From positions 122,037-186,036 of the forward strand of contig JBAZXG010000002.1 in assembly GCA_041660005.1 (NCBI GenBank): 64,000 bases of DNA. Direction: 5' to 3'. Made by a program: the position numbers and the translations under genes. The notes below the pieces were generated by a model that saw only the letters and a list, made by a program, of their open reading frames with translations, was not told the DNA's origin and did not search any database. Shown piece by piece: positions 1 to 9,284 of the stretch. How positions within the stretch are numbered: position 1 is the first letter of the stretch; the number at the start of each line of letters is the position of its first letter. The DNA is from Patescibacteria group bacterium (lineage in GTDB: Bacteria > Patescibacteriota > Patescibacteriia > GWA2-46-9).

Positions 1-1
1 T

Positions 2-364
2 AACCAAAGTTCGCATAGTTCTCCGGATCGTAAAGGGGGTTCCGAAGAAGAGCTGTCGAACATGTTTCACACTAATAAAGATGCCGCCGTTCAAGCTGTC
101 GCCACTTTGACGACGAGTGGTGAAATTCAAGCGTTCTATGCGACGTTTGTTGAATCAATGAGACCGTATGCTGATTTAGTTGCTGAAAATTCTGGTGAGC
201 CATGGTCCGCTGAACAGGCAGCTGCTGGCTTTCTTGCGTTCGCTCTTCAAAGGCATGATATGGAAACCCGAGACCGGTGGACGTCTGTTTTGCCTGAGGA
301 TGTCGGTGCCGCGCTTAAACGGATGCCACCAAACATGCAGGGTAACAGAAAGGGTCCAGTATAG
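2..364 (+). CDS. Hypothetical protein, probably 5'-truncated by the window edge
   Basis: Frame is open from position 2 through ATG 62 to TAG 364; no recognisable motif. Confidence 0.5.
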   Translation, partial: NQSSHSSPDRKGGSEEELSNMFHTNKDAAVQAVATLTTSGEIQAFYATFVESMRPYADLVAENSGEPWSAEQAAAGFLAFALQRHDMETRDRWTSVLPEDVGAALKRMPPNMQGNRKGPV

Positions 365-446
365 TGGCTGACAAAACCAGTTACTCTGTTACGTAAATGA
401 GTTTAAGTCGGGCTCTGTCATTAAGGTCTTGAGTTGCTGGTTCAGT

Positions 447-890
447 ATGAAAAAGGAGCATTTCAAACTCATACCCGCCGTTCACCTTTTCTTAATTAAG
501 GATGGAAAGATATTATTGTTGCGTAGGTTTAATACAGGGTATGAAGACGGAAACTATAGCGTGCCCGCCGGGCATATTGATGGTGAAGAAAAAGCGACGA
601 GCGCGATGACCAGAGAGGCAAAAGAAGAAGTGGGGATAGATATAAACGAAGGTCAGTTGCGTATGGCGCATGTCATGCATAGAAAATCCGACGAAGAACG
701 AATCGATTTTTTCTTTGAGGCAACACAGTGGCAAGGCGAGCCGAAAAATATGGAGACGAACAAATGTGATGACTTGAGCTGGTTTTCAATAGACCAGCTA
801 CCGTCGAATATAATCCCTTACGTTAAAGCTGGCATAGAGAACTACAGAAATAAGCTTTCATTTTCCGAATTTGGCTGGAACGAAAGATGA
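447..890 (+). CDS. NUDIX hydrolase
   Basis: Nudix box GHIDGEEKATSAMTREAKEEVG; ATG at 447 preferred over TTG 429. Confidence 0.9.
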   Translation: MKKEHFKLIPAVHLFLIKDGKILLLRRFNTGYEDGNYSVPAGHIDGEEKATSAMTREAKEEVGIDINEGQLRMAHVMHRKSDEERIDFFFEATQWQGEPKNMETNKCDDLSWFSIDQLPSNIIPYVKAGIENYRNKLSFSEFGWNER

Positions 891-988
891 GGTACTAGAT
901 TTTGCAGGAACGGCCTACTAGTCTCGTTCCACTTCAAAAACTTTTCTTTTCTAGCCATTTGCTATACGCTATTTGCGATTTGCCCTAC

Positions 989-1062
989 GGGCCTGTAGTA
1001 AAGTGGTATTACGCTGCATTCGCATTGCAGAGGCGGGGGTTCGATTCCCCCCAGGTCCACCA
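989..1062 (+). tRNA. tRNA-Ala (anticodon CGC)
   Basis: Acceptor GGGCCTG/CAGGTCC with G3:U70, anticodon arm CTGCA-TTCGCAT-TGCAG, T-loop GGTTCGATTCC, encoded CCA. Confidence 0.95.
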
Positions 1063-1101
1063 AAAATAAATTGCTGGCGCTGTGCCAGCTTATTTATTTT
1101 T
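1063..1101 (+). terminator. Hairpin terminator after tRNA-Ala
   Basis: AAAATAAA-ttGCTGGC-gctgt-GCCAGC-ttaTTTATTTTT. Confidence 0.6.
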
Positions 1102-1105
1102 GATA

Positions 1106-1340
1106 TGGTATGAGGGAATCGAACCCGGGAAAGGGCGCTGGGAAAACTCTAGTTTTCCCATGGCGGAATTATTCAAACCGAGGGGTTTGAAAGAAGAGCG
1201 GTAGCGACGAGGGTTCTAGGTCCGATATGTCGGACCGGATTCCCCCAGGTCCACCATTCGACTCGCTTCGCTCGCTCATGGCAAGCCATCCTCTGGCGAG
1301 TCGAATGCACTGAGCGTAACGAAGTGAAGCCGAAGTGCCG
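1106..1340. repeat. tRNA-derived repeats plus REP-like palindrome
   Basis: Antisense T-arm copy at 1106-1126; second sense copy GGGTTC[hairpin]GATTCCCCCAGGTCCACCA at 1211-1256; imperfect inverted repeat TTCGACTCGCTTCGCTCGCTCA...TGAGCGTAACGAAGTGAAGCCGAA at 1257-1334. Confidence 0.7.
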
Positions 1341-1430
1341 TCATTAAAACACCCCCAATCGAAGTGTCCTGTTGGAGCATTGCAGGGGTAAGGAGTTTTT
1401 ATCCATTCGGGTTCTCGTTATGGTGCCTAT

Positions 1431-1769
1431 ATGTCTCCAAAAGTCCTCAAATTTAGAGCACACCTCGTTCCCCTTATTCTGAGTGGGAGTAAAAAAGTTA
1501 CCTGGCGGTTATTCGATGAAAAACATTTACAGGTTGGAGATGAACTCGTGTTTCAAGACTCTGATACAGGGAAAGATTTTGCCACAGCAGAAGTTTTGGG
1601 AGTAAGAGAAAAAACATTAGGAAAAATTAGCTCTTTTGATTATCAAGGGCACGAGAAGTTTCACGATCAGGAAGACATGCTTCGGCACTACAAAGCCGCT
1701 TACGGGGAAAGGGTTGATTTGGATACAAAGGTAAAAATTGTTACCTTTAAGCTGGTTGAGAAACTCTGA
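1431..1769 (+). CDS. ASCH domain protein
   Basis: LILSGSKKVTWR (GxKxxTxR) followed by LQVGDEL. Confidence 0.85.
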   Translation: MSPKVLKFRAHLVPLILSGSKKVTWRLFDEKHLQVGDELVFQDSDTGKDFATAEVLGVREKTLGKISSFDYQGHEKFHDQEDMLRHYKAAYGERVDLDTKVKIVTFKLVEKL

Positions 1770-1790
1770 TTTAATTAAGTAGGTACTTGC

Positions 1791-2213
1791 ATGGAGAGTG
1801 AACGCAGCACATTTCCTATCGGCGTAAATGCGGTTGTTATGCGCGACAACAGCATTCTTCTCGGGTTGCGTAAAAATTCTCATGGCAGCGGAACCTGGAG
1901 TCTCCCTGGTGGGCACCTTGAGCTCGGAGAATCAGTGGTTGACGCTGTTGCGCGTGAGCTTTTGGAAGAAACAGGACTTCGACCAAGACGATTTGTGTTT
2001 TCAGCAGTTGTGAATAATGTCGATAATAGCAGGCACTATATACAGTTCGCTTTTTTAGCCGAAGAAGTGACCGGAGAGCCAGAGGTGAAAGAGCCTGACC
2101 TTTGCGAATCTTGGCAATGGTTTCCTGCGCAGCAGTTACCAGAGAACCTTTTCCCTCCCCACAAACAGCTTATTGTTTCTGCTTTGAAGGGGGACCATTA
2201 TACAGAAAGTTAA
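1791..2213 (+). CDS. NUDIX hydrolase (MutT-like)
   Basis: GGHLELGESVVDAVARELLEETG. Confidence 0.9.
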   Translation: MESERSTFPIGVNAVVMRDNSILLGLRKNSHGSGTWSLPGGHLELGESVVDAVARELLEETGLRPRRFVFSAVVNNVDNSRHYIQFAFLAEEVTGEPEVKEPDLCESWQWFPAQQLPENLFPPHKQLIVSALKGDHYTES

Positions 2214-2227
2214 AGCATATAAATTTT

Positions 2228-3325
2228 ATGGAAGAAAGAAAAAAAATTAATGTCGGTCTTATTTATGGTGGCAAGAGCGCTGAGCACGAAGTTTCACTGC
2301 GATCTGCGCGCAGTATTTATGAGGCGCTCGACAAAGACAGGTACAATGTTGTGCTCATTGGTATTAGTCACAACGGCCAGTGGTTACTTGCGAGTGAGGC
2401 AGCGCAACTTTTAACAGCCACGGCTGTCTCTGAAAAAGTCGGCACTCATGTTATTCCTGTTGAACAAGGGAACATGTCGCTTCGCGAAGTCGGCTCAGGT
2501 GAGGAACTTGGCACGCTTGATGTCGTCTTCCCTATTATTCACGGCACCGGCGGCGAAGATGGGAGCTTACAAGGACTTCTGGAATTACTGGACGTTCCTT
2601 ATGTCGGCTGTGGTGTTCTAGGTTCTGCAGTAGGTATGGATAAAGATGTTGCAAAACGTCTCATGCGTGACGCTGGCATTGCCGTTGCAAATTATGTAGC
2701 CGTGCGCGCCAATGAATCCTGGGAAGGAGAACTCGATGCCATTGCCGCGACACTGCACTACCCGTTATTTGTGAAGCCGGCAAACCTCGGATCTTCTGTT
2801 GGGGTGCAAAAAGTAAAAGATCGTAGCACTTTGAGTGCAGCGGTTGTTGAAGCGTTCACTTTTGATACCAAAGTGCTCATAGAAGAATGTATTGAGGGGC
2901 GTGAAATTGAAGTCGCTGTTCTTGGGAACGCCGATCCCAAAGCGTCACTTCCTGGTGAAATTTTGCCGCACCACGAGTTCTATTCATACGAAGCCAAATA
3001 CATTGATGAAAACGGCGCATCGCTCTCCTTGCCAGCTGCATTATCCTTCGAAGAGCAGCAAGAAGTGCAACGCGCAGCTTGTCGCGTGTTCACTACGCTC
3101 GAGCTTTATGGCATGGCTCGGGTTGATTTCTTTTTTACCAAAGATGGCCGATGGATTTGTAACGAAGCGAATACCGCGCCCGGGTTTACTTCCATAAGTA
3201 TGTATCCAAAGCTGTGGGAGCTTTCCGGTGTGCCGTTTAATGAATTGGTTGATCAGCTTATTGAGTTGGCTTTTGAGCGTAAGAAGGTGGAACGTAAACT
3301 ACGAAGGCGTTATAACAAGCGATAA
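2228..3325 (+). CDS. ddl: D-alanine--D-alanine ligase
   Basis: GGKSAEHEVS, HGTGGEDG, KPANLGSSVG, FYSYEAKY, NEANTAPGFT; ATG 2228. Confidence 0.95.
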   Translation: MEERKKINVGLIYGGKSAEHEVSLRSARSIYEALDKDRYNVVLIGISHNGQWLLASEAAQLLTATAVSEKVGTHVIPVEQGNMSLREVGSGEELGTLDVVFPIIHGTGGEDGSLQGLLELLDVPYVGCGVLGSAVGMDKDVAKRLMRDAGIAVANYVAVRANESWEGELDAIAATLHYPLFVKPANLGSSVGVQKVKDRSTLSAAVVEAFTFDTKVLIEECIEGREIEVAVLGNADPKASLPGEILPHHEFYSYEAKYIDENGASLSLPAALSFEEQQEVQRAACRVFTTLELYGMARVDFFFTKDGRWICNEANTAPGFTSISMYPKLWELSGVPFNELVDQLIELAFERKKVERKLRRRYNKR

Positions 3326-3457
3326 GCAGACGAGTATTTGTTGGTAGCTCTCTTACAATTGCCAAATACAGCAGCTTTCTATAGGATAGCAATGTGAGCT
3401 GTACCTTTCGCAAACTCGCCCCAGGGGTGAGCTTTTGTTCAACTGGACTCAACGCAT

Positions 3458-4819
3458 ATGCAAAAATCGCTTAACAGAGTGCAAGATGCCTTTCTTCGGC
3501 TAGTACGCAACCGGGCGTATTCTCATGCATACAATGCTTTGAAGCAAATGCATCCTGCCGATTTGGCTCAGTTGCTTCCTTATCTACAAAAACGAGAACA
3601 GCAGTGGTTTGCCGAGAGTCTTCTCAAGACCAGGAAACTTGCTGGAGTAGTTAGTGAAATAGACGAGAATTTAGTTCTCGATTTTTTAAACCTCATTCCC
3701 GGTGAAGAATTTGTAACGGCACTCCAAGAAATTAACGCCGATGACGCCGCTGACCTTATTACGCTTTTACCTGAAGATCGGCGGCAGGTCATATTAGAGC
3801 GACTTTCCGGACCGCAGAAGAAAGCAGTAGGGAAACTTCTCGGCTACGCTCCGAACACTGCCGGAGGTATCATGAGCCCCGACTTTGTTTCGCTGCCGCA
3901 GACCTTGACTGCAGGAGAAGCAATAGAAAAGTTACGAGCGCGTGCTATTACCGGAAGCGAAGAAATTTATAACATTTACATTTGCGACGCCGAAGACCAG
4001 TTGGTCGGCGTCGTTTCTTTTAAAGACCTCGTTCTTTCACCCGTTGGTAAAACATTAGGAGACATCATGGAGCATGACCCGGTTGCGGTCAGGCCGCATG
4101 CCAACCAGGAGTTTGTGGCCGACCTTATTGCGCGCTATAACCTGCTCTCTCTGCCGGTCATTGACGAAAATCATCGGCTCGTTGGTCGCATTACGGTTGA
4201 CGACGCTATCGACGTTTTGAAAGAAGAAGCAACAGAAGATATCTACCACCTGGGAAACCTCGGCCAAGAAGATCACATCTCAACTCCTGTATTAACTTCA
4301 ACAAAGCAACGTGTACTTTGGTTGCTCATTAACCTGGCGACGGCCATCCTCGCAGCCGCTTCTATCGCAATTTTTAGCGATACCATTTCAAAGTTCGTTA
4401 TACTGGCCGCGCTCATGCCGATTGTTTCCGGCATGGGAGGTAACGCAGGAACGCAGTCGCTGACGGTTGTGGTGCGGGGGTTGGCGCTCGGCGAAGTCGA
4501 CTGGAGTTTGGCGCTTAAAGTTGTTTGGAAGGAACTATCGGTTGGGTTACTCAATGGTATCATTCTCGGCATTGTTATTGGTGTTCTTACCTTTATTTGG
4601 TATCACAACTTGGCCTTAGCATTGGTCATGACCTTGGCTATGGTTGGTAACCTTATTATTGCCGCTTTGGCCGGAGCGTTTATTCCGCTCCTTCTCAGAA
4701 AAATGCATCAAGACCCAGCCCTTGCTTCCAGTATCTTTGTGACAACCGCAACTGACGTCGGTGGCTTCGTCCTCTTCCTTGGGTTAGCCACAGTGTTTAT
4801 CCAACTCATTATTAAATAG
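3458..4819 (+). CDS. mgtE: Magnesium transporter MgtE
   Basis: N-domain HPADLA/DDAAD, CBS pair, GMGGNAGTQ and DPALASSIFVTTATD. Confidence 0.95.
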   Translation: MQKSLNRVQDAFLRLVRNRAYSHAYNALKQMHPADLAQLLPYLQKREQQWFAESLLKTRKLAGVVSEIDENLVLDFLNLIPGEEFVTALQEINADDAADLITLLPEDRRQVILERLSGPQKKAVGKLLGYAPNTAGGIMSPDFVSLPQTLTAGEAIEKLRARAITGSEEIYNIYICDAEDQLVGVVSFKDLVLSPVGKTLGDIMEHDPVAVRPHANQEFVADLIARYNLLSLPVIDENHRLVGRITVDDAIDVLKEEATEDIYHLGNLGQEDHISTPVLTSTKQRVLWLLINLATAILAAASIAIFSDTISKFVILAALMPIVSGMGGNAGTQSLTVVVRGLALGEVDWSLALKVVWKELSVGLLNGIILGIVIGVLTFIWYHNLALALVMTLAMVGNLIIAALAGAFIPLLLRKMHQDPALASSIFVTTATDVGGFVLFLGLATVFIQLIIK

Positions 4820-4825
4820 TTCGAC

Positions 4826-5584
4826 ATGGACGCGCTCGTCGTGCGGGATTTGAAAAAAAGTTACAACGGTATCCCGGCCCTCGACGGGATTTCTTTTCAG
4901 ATTAATGAGGGAGAATTTTTTGGGTTTCTCGGCCCCAATGGTGCAGGTAAGACGACGACTATCGGCTGTACGGTTGGCCTAGTAACCCCAGACGGCGGGT
5001 CTGTAGAAGTTTTTGGGCATAACGTGGTTAGCGAATATCGCACTGCGCGTCGCCTCATTGGTCTTTCACCACAAGAATTTAACGTTGATATTTTCCGTCA
5101 CCCTTGGGAAACGTTAATTAATAACGCCGGCTACTTTGGCATACCGCGAAGCATCGCCAAAGAGCGCGCTGAACGGTTACTTCGCCGCCTTGGTCTTTGG
5201 GAGCATCGTTTCAAGCGTTTCCAAAGTTTGTCTGGCGGCATGAAACGCAGGGTCCTGTTGGCAAAGGCGCTTATACATGAGCCGAAACTTTTGATTCTTG
5301 ATGAGCCGACCGCTGGCGTCGACGTTGAGCTTCGGCACTGGCTTTGGAATGAGCTAAAAAGAATACAGAGTAACGGTACAACAATTTTGTTGACCACTCA
5401 CTACTTAGAGGAAGCTGAACAGCTCTGCGAACGATTGGCTATCATTACGCATGGGAAGTTGGCGCTTGTTGAAAAAACAAGTGACCTTTTGAAGCGGTAT
5501 GGTGAGAAAAAACTTGAGGAGATTTACCTGCAAATCACCGACAGCGGAGATAAAGCAGAAGACGGTAACGCACCAGCAATATGA
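4826..5584 (+). CDS. ABC-2 type transporter ATP-binding protein (YadG-like)
   Basis: GPNGAGKTT, LSGGMKRR, LDEPTAGVD, TTHYLEEAE. Confidence 0.92.
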   Translation: MDALVVRDLKKSYNGIPALDGISFQINEGEFFGFLGPNGAGKTTTIGCTVGLVTPDGGSVEVFGHNVVSEYRTARRLIGLSPQEFNVDIFRHPWETLINNAGYFGIPRSIAKERAERLLRRLGLWEHRFKRFQSLSGGMKRRVLLAKALIHEPKLLILDEPTAGVDVELRHWLWNELKRIQSNGTTILLTTHYLEEAEQLCERLAIITHGKLALVEKTSDLLKRYGEKKLEEIYLQITDSGDKAEDGNAPAI

Positions 5585-6345
5585 ACTGGGTTGGACTTGC
5601 CACGCTTTACTGGCGCGAAATTCGTCGAACCTTTCAGGTTTCGATGCAGACGATTTTCCCGCCTATCATTACGTCTCTTTTGTACATTCTCATTTTTGGG
5701 AACGTTCTAGGATCTCGTATTCAAGAAATTTTACCCGGAGTGAGTTACATTGATTTTATGATTCCGGGCCTCCTCATGATGAACGTAATCTCTGCCAGCT
5801 TTTCAAGTAGTTCGGCGGTTATTTATATTGGTAAGTTACAAAACACCACTTCAGAACTTTTAGTTGCACCACTTTCCTATTTAGAAATTGTTTTAGGGTT
5901 TGTGCTAGCGGCGACAACACGGGGTTTAATTGTTGGGATGGGCGTTTATGGCGTGGCTCTCTTTTTTACGACCGCAACCTTCGCGCATTTTTGGATGTTT
6001 CTCTATTTTGTTCTGGCGACATCACTCCTCTTTGGTGCCGTTGGGGCGATGGTGGGGCTCTGGGCAGAAACGTTTGATCACGTTAATTTACCGAATACGT
6101 TTGTTTTGCTACCCCTCTCATTTTTTGGTGGGGTGTTCCATTCTATTAGACTGCTGCCGAGCTGGATGCAGACGCTGAGTCAAGCAAATCCCGTTTTTTA
6201 CATGGTAAATGGCATTCGCGCGAGTATGATTGGTACTGCTGACGTGCCGATGTATGTATCAGCAATCGTCGTGCTACTCCTTGCTGCTGTCAGTTTGACC
6301 TTTTGCGTTCGACTTTTTCAAAAAGGATACAACTTGCGGAGTTAG
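5581..6345 (+). CDS. ABC-2 type transporter permease (YadH-like)
   Basis: Hydrophobic; YIDFMIPGL, NPVFYMVNGIR, C-terminal GYNLRS; ATGA overlap with the ATPase gene. Confidence 0.9.
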   Translation: MNWVGLATLYWREIRRTFQVSMQTIFPPIITSLLYILIFGNVLGSRIQEILPGVSYIDFMIPGLLMMNVISASFSSSSAVIYIGKLQNTTSELLVAPLSYLEIVLGFVLAATTRGLIVGMGVYGVALFFTTATFAHFWMFLYFVLATSLLFGAVGAMVGLWAETFDHVNLPNTFVLLPLSFFGGVFHSIRLLPSWMQTLSQANPVFYMVNGIRASMIGTADVPMYVSAIVVLLLAAVSLTFCVRLFQKGYNLRS

Positions 6346-6346
6346 T
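6314..6346 (+). repeat. Direct repeat A1 (3' end of the permease gene), att-like
   Basis: TTTTTCAAAAAGGATACAACTTGCGGAGTTAGT; 30/33 identical to 8682-8714. Confidence 0.85.
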
Positions 6347-6458
6347 GTAAAATCTTGTGGGGTTTTTGCGGCGGTGCTAAGGTACCGTCGTTTGCTTTTA
6401 GTGTCCGGGAAGATGTACTAGACAGGTCTTTACCAGAGGAATAGGAGGAAGTTGGGTC

Positions 6459-7256
6459 ATGAAAGAGTTTTTGTTGCCAATGTATCTCGTGGGTATGGGT
6501 ACAGGGAGCGGTTCGACTCTTGCGGCCATAGAATTGGCGACCAAGGAAGGCGGTCCTTTGCATGGACTCGTCAGGATGGTCCTCGCAATCGCCACCAACG
6601 CCGAGGCCGGCCTCATCAAGAGGTTGACCGATCTTGGCATGGAGGAAGGCGAGAACCTTCTGGTCATGCCGTACAAGAAGGAGAAGTCCGAACAGTGGGG
6701 TCGGGACATTCTCCGGCGGTGCCGCGCATTCGGCGCAAATCAGTTCGGACTTTTCGGCTGTGTCCCGACGGTACCAGAGTCATGCATTGAAGCACTGATT
6801 ACCGACGGCGTGCGCTGCACAAACCAACATCCTGCGTGACCGAGAGAGTTCGGTGGCGTCGGCATGATTGGGAAACGCGCAGTGGCGGCGCAGCTCCTTT
6901 TTGAGAGGATGTTGCCTCGCGGGAACGACTTCACCGCTGCTGCCGTTTGCCAAGAGTTGGATCCCGCTGTCGACGGCGGGCGCGTTCTTCACTACGAGCG
7001 CTGCCCTATCCTCGACACCGACGACGCTGAATCGCTTCAGAAGCGGCTGCTCACGATCGAGCACAAGGTGCAGATCGAAGCGCTGCGTCGAGCAGCACTC
7101 GGTGAGCTCATTCCTGTCGAGTATCCTTCGCCAGTGAAGGCGGGGGAAGAAACTCGCTGTCGCTGGGCGAAAGAGGCGGCATTTGCTTTGTACCGCGAGG
7201 GCATTCCGTACCGGAAGTCTCTTGCTCAGATCTGGGCGCAGCAAGCCGCTCTATAG
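6459..7256 (+). pseudogene. purN: Phosphoribosylglycinamide formyltransferase-like gene interrupted by an in-frame TGA at 6837-6839
   Basis: GTGSGSTLAA (cf. SGxGSNL), NQHPA*PREFGGVGMIG (cf. NIHPxLLPxFGGxGMYG), VDGGRVL, DDAESLQKRLLTIEH; the two ORFs share one frame; RBS AGGAGG. Confidence 0.85.
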
Positions 7257-7269
7257 GAGACACAAGATC

Positions 7270-8562
7270 ATGAGAATCGGAATCATTGATGGAGGTGGCC
7301 GTGGAGCCGCCATAGCGAACGCGCTTTACAACACGGGTCGCAGGACTCGTGATGTAACGCACGTTTACAACATTGGTCGCAGTGTGGTCGGCGGATACTT
7401 CGCCGGCTCGGCGCCGACGATCAACCCGAACGACGACGAGGCCATCGCGGCCTACGTCAGGAAGATGAAGATCGACATCATCATTCCGGCACGCGACGCG
7501 GAACTCTGCGCTGGTCTCGTCGATCGTCTGACGGCGCGCGGTATCACCACGGTCGGCCCAACGGCTGAGGCGGCTCAGCTTGAAGGAAGCAAGGGTTTCT
7601 TTGCCGACCTCTGTGCTACGGTCGGAATTCCTTCCCCAGCGTCGATCGTCTGTACCAGTACAGCTCGGGCATCCTCGGCTGTGCGTCTTCTACACCGTCG
7701 GTTTGGTCAACTCCCCGTTGAGAAAGCTGATGGGCTGTGGGATGGAAAGGGAGTAGTCGTTCCAGAGACCCTCGACGAGGCCGATGCAGCAATCGCGATG
7801 CTGATGGCTGGCGGCAAAGATGTCGTCATTCAAGAGCGTCTCGACGGAGTCGAGTTCTCTTTCTTTGCTCTTTCAGACGGGAAGGTTGCAGTTCCGGTCG
7901 GGTCGGCCATTGACTACAAACGCCTTCTCGACGGCAGCATTGGTCCGAATACGGGCGGCATGGGAGCGGTGTCGCCAGTTCCGTTCGTGACCAAGATTCT
8001 GGAAGATCGAGTGATGAGAGAGGTCGTGCGTCCGCTCCTGTGGGTGATGGCCCGCCGGGGTACGCCATGCCGCGGTATCATCTATTGCGGGATGATGTTG
8101 ACCAAAGAGGGGCTGAAGGTCCTCGAGGTGAACGTGCGTTTTGGTGATCCCGAGGCGCAAGGTCTCCTTCCGCGGCTCGATCAGGTAAACGGTGCGACCT
8201 TGGCTGAGCTGCTCGTCGCCACCACCAAGGATGGTGAGCTCGAAAAGCTCAGCGTCCGCCTGCGGCCGGAGGCCGCAGTCTGTGTGGTGATGGCGTCCGC
8301 GGGATACCCCGAGGCGCCGAGGGAGGGTGATCCCATCCAGGGGCTTATCACGAACGTGGAGGGCACCGAAGTCTTCCACGCCGGCACCAAGCTCGCTGAC
8401 GACAGGCGAACTTTCCTCACCGACGGTGGGCGCGTTCTCGACGTCGTCGGGTTCGCCCCGACGGTTTTCGAGGCACGTAAGCGCGCCTATGCTCGCGTCG
8501 ATACCATCAGCTGGGATGGTGAGCAGCACCGTCATGACATCGCCGAAGACATAGCCGCCTAG
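7270..8562 (+). CDS. purD: Phosphoribosylamine--glycine ligase
   Basis: AAQLEGSK, KADGL..GKGV, DYKRLLDG..GPNTGGMG, EVNVRFGDPE, FHAGT, GGRVL; RBS AGGAG before ATG 7270. Confidence 0.95.
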   Translation: MRIGIIDGGGRGAAIANALYNTGRRTRDVTHVYNIGRSVVGGYFAGSAPTINPNDDEAIAAYVRKMKIDIIIPARDAELCAGLVDRLTARGITTVGPTAEAAQLEGSKGFFADLCATVGIPSPASIVCTSTARASSAVRLLHRRFGQLPVEKADGLWDGKGVVVPETLDEADAAIAMLMAGGKDVVIQERLDGVEFSFFALSDGKVAVPVGSAIDYKRLLDGSIGPNTGGMGAVSPVPFVTKILEDRVMREVVRPLLWVMARRGTPCRGIIYCGMMLTKEGLKVLEVNVRFGDPEAQGLLPRLDQVNGATLAELLVATTKDGELEKLSVRLRPEAAVCVVMASAGYPEAPREGDPIQGLITNVEGTEVFHAGTKLADDRRTFLTDGGRVLDVVGFAPTVFEARKRAYARVDTISWDGEQHRHDIAEDIAA

Positions 8563-8583
8563 CTTGGCGGCGTAACACACACA

Positions 8584-8653
8584 AAGGAGGGTTCAAACAG
8601 AACACAAGGAGGGAAGGCGGCGTTGTCACAGGGCAACGCCGTTTTTCCATGAG
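8584..8653 (+). repeat. Repeat R1 with terminator-like hairpin
   Basis: AAGGAGGGTTCAAACAGAACACAAGGAGGGAAGGCGGCGTTGTCACAGGGCAACGCCGTTTTTCCATGAG; near-identical to 9209-9277. Confidence 0.9.
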
Positions 8654-8681
8654 GAATATTTTGTGACTTTTCTTAGAAAAG

Positions 8682-8714
8682 TTTTTAGAAAAGGATATAA
8701 CTTGCGGAGTTAGT
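8682..8714 (+). repeat. Direct repeat A2 (displaced permease 3' end)
   Basis: Translates FRKGYNLRS* versus FQKGYNLRS* in the gene; weaker similarity extends back to about 8663. Confidence 0.85.
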
Positions 8715-8806
8715 ACGGGATTGGTCAACTTTAAACGGTTGACTTTTTTTGCAAAAAAGAGAAGAGTAGTTTGGTTCCACACGTTCAAGACAGGGGAGGT
8801 AAACCC

Positions 8807-9151
8807 ATGGCCGATTGCATTACGGATATGCTGAAAGGACAAGACCTCGCTGGCTGCCGAATCGAGACCTGGATCAGTCTCGAGTGGCCGACAGATGCAG
8901 GGAAGAGCGAGCACGTTGAGTACTTTTCACTGGCGGACCGCAAGGTCGTTCAAGACCTTGCTACCTCTGAAGGGATCCCTCCGCATTTCAAGGAGGTGCA
9001 AGTTCTGACGGACGGATGCGGTTCCGGTCTCATTGTTGGCAGGAGTGCTCACCTGTCAGCGGGCGAGGCCGCAAGGGCAAAGATCCAACTCAACGCCAGA
9101 GCAAGACTTCGTTCCATCGATGTAATAGCACTGGGCCTTTCGACGGAGTGA
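8807..9151 (+). CDS. Hypothetical protein
   Basis: Strong RBS GGGGAGGT before ATG 8807; 114 aa; no motif recognised. Confidence 0.7.
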   Translation: MADCITDMLKGQDLAGCRIETWISLEWPTDAGKSEHVEYFSLADRKVVQDLATSEGIPPHFKEVQVLTDGCGSGLIVGRSAHLSAGEAARAKIQLNARARLRSIDVIALGLSTE

Positions 9152-9208
9152 GTACCATCGGAACGGACATCGCCGCCGGCCTTTAAGGCTAACGCAGCAA
9201 TTCGACTC

Positions 9209-9277
9209 AAGGAGGGTCAAACAGAACATGAGGAGGGAAGGCGGCGTTGTCACAGGGCAACGCCGTTTTTCCATGAG
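9209..9277 (+). repeat. Repeat R2 with terminator-like hairpin
   Basis: Copy of 8584-8653. Confidence 0.9.
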
Positions 9278-9284
9278 AGGAATT

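Noticed and set aside
6837-6839. Genome-wide TGA reassignment (code 25/4) or selenocysteine in purN
   Set aside because: TGA ends several normal-length genes in the window. The position is not a Cys-equivalent and I see no convincing SECIS.
8570-8715. Classical integron attC site (TAAC...GTTAG)
   Set aside because: The intervening sequence is not one long imperfect palindrome, and the recombinase in the window shows no obvious IntI-specific insertion.
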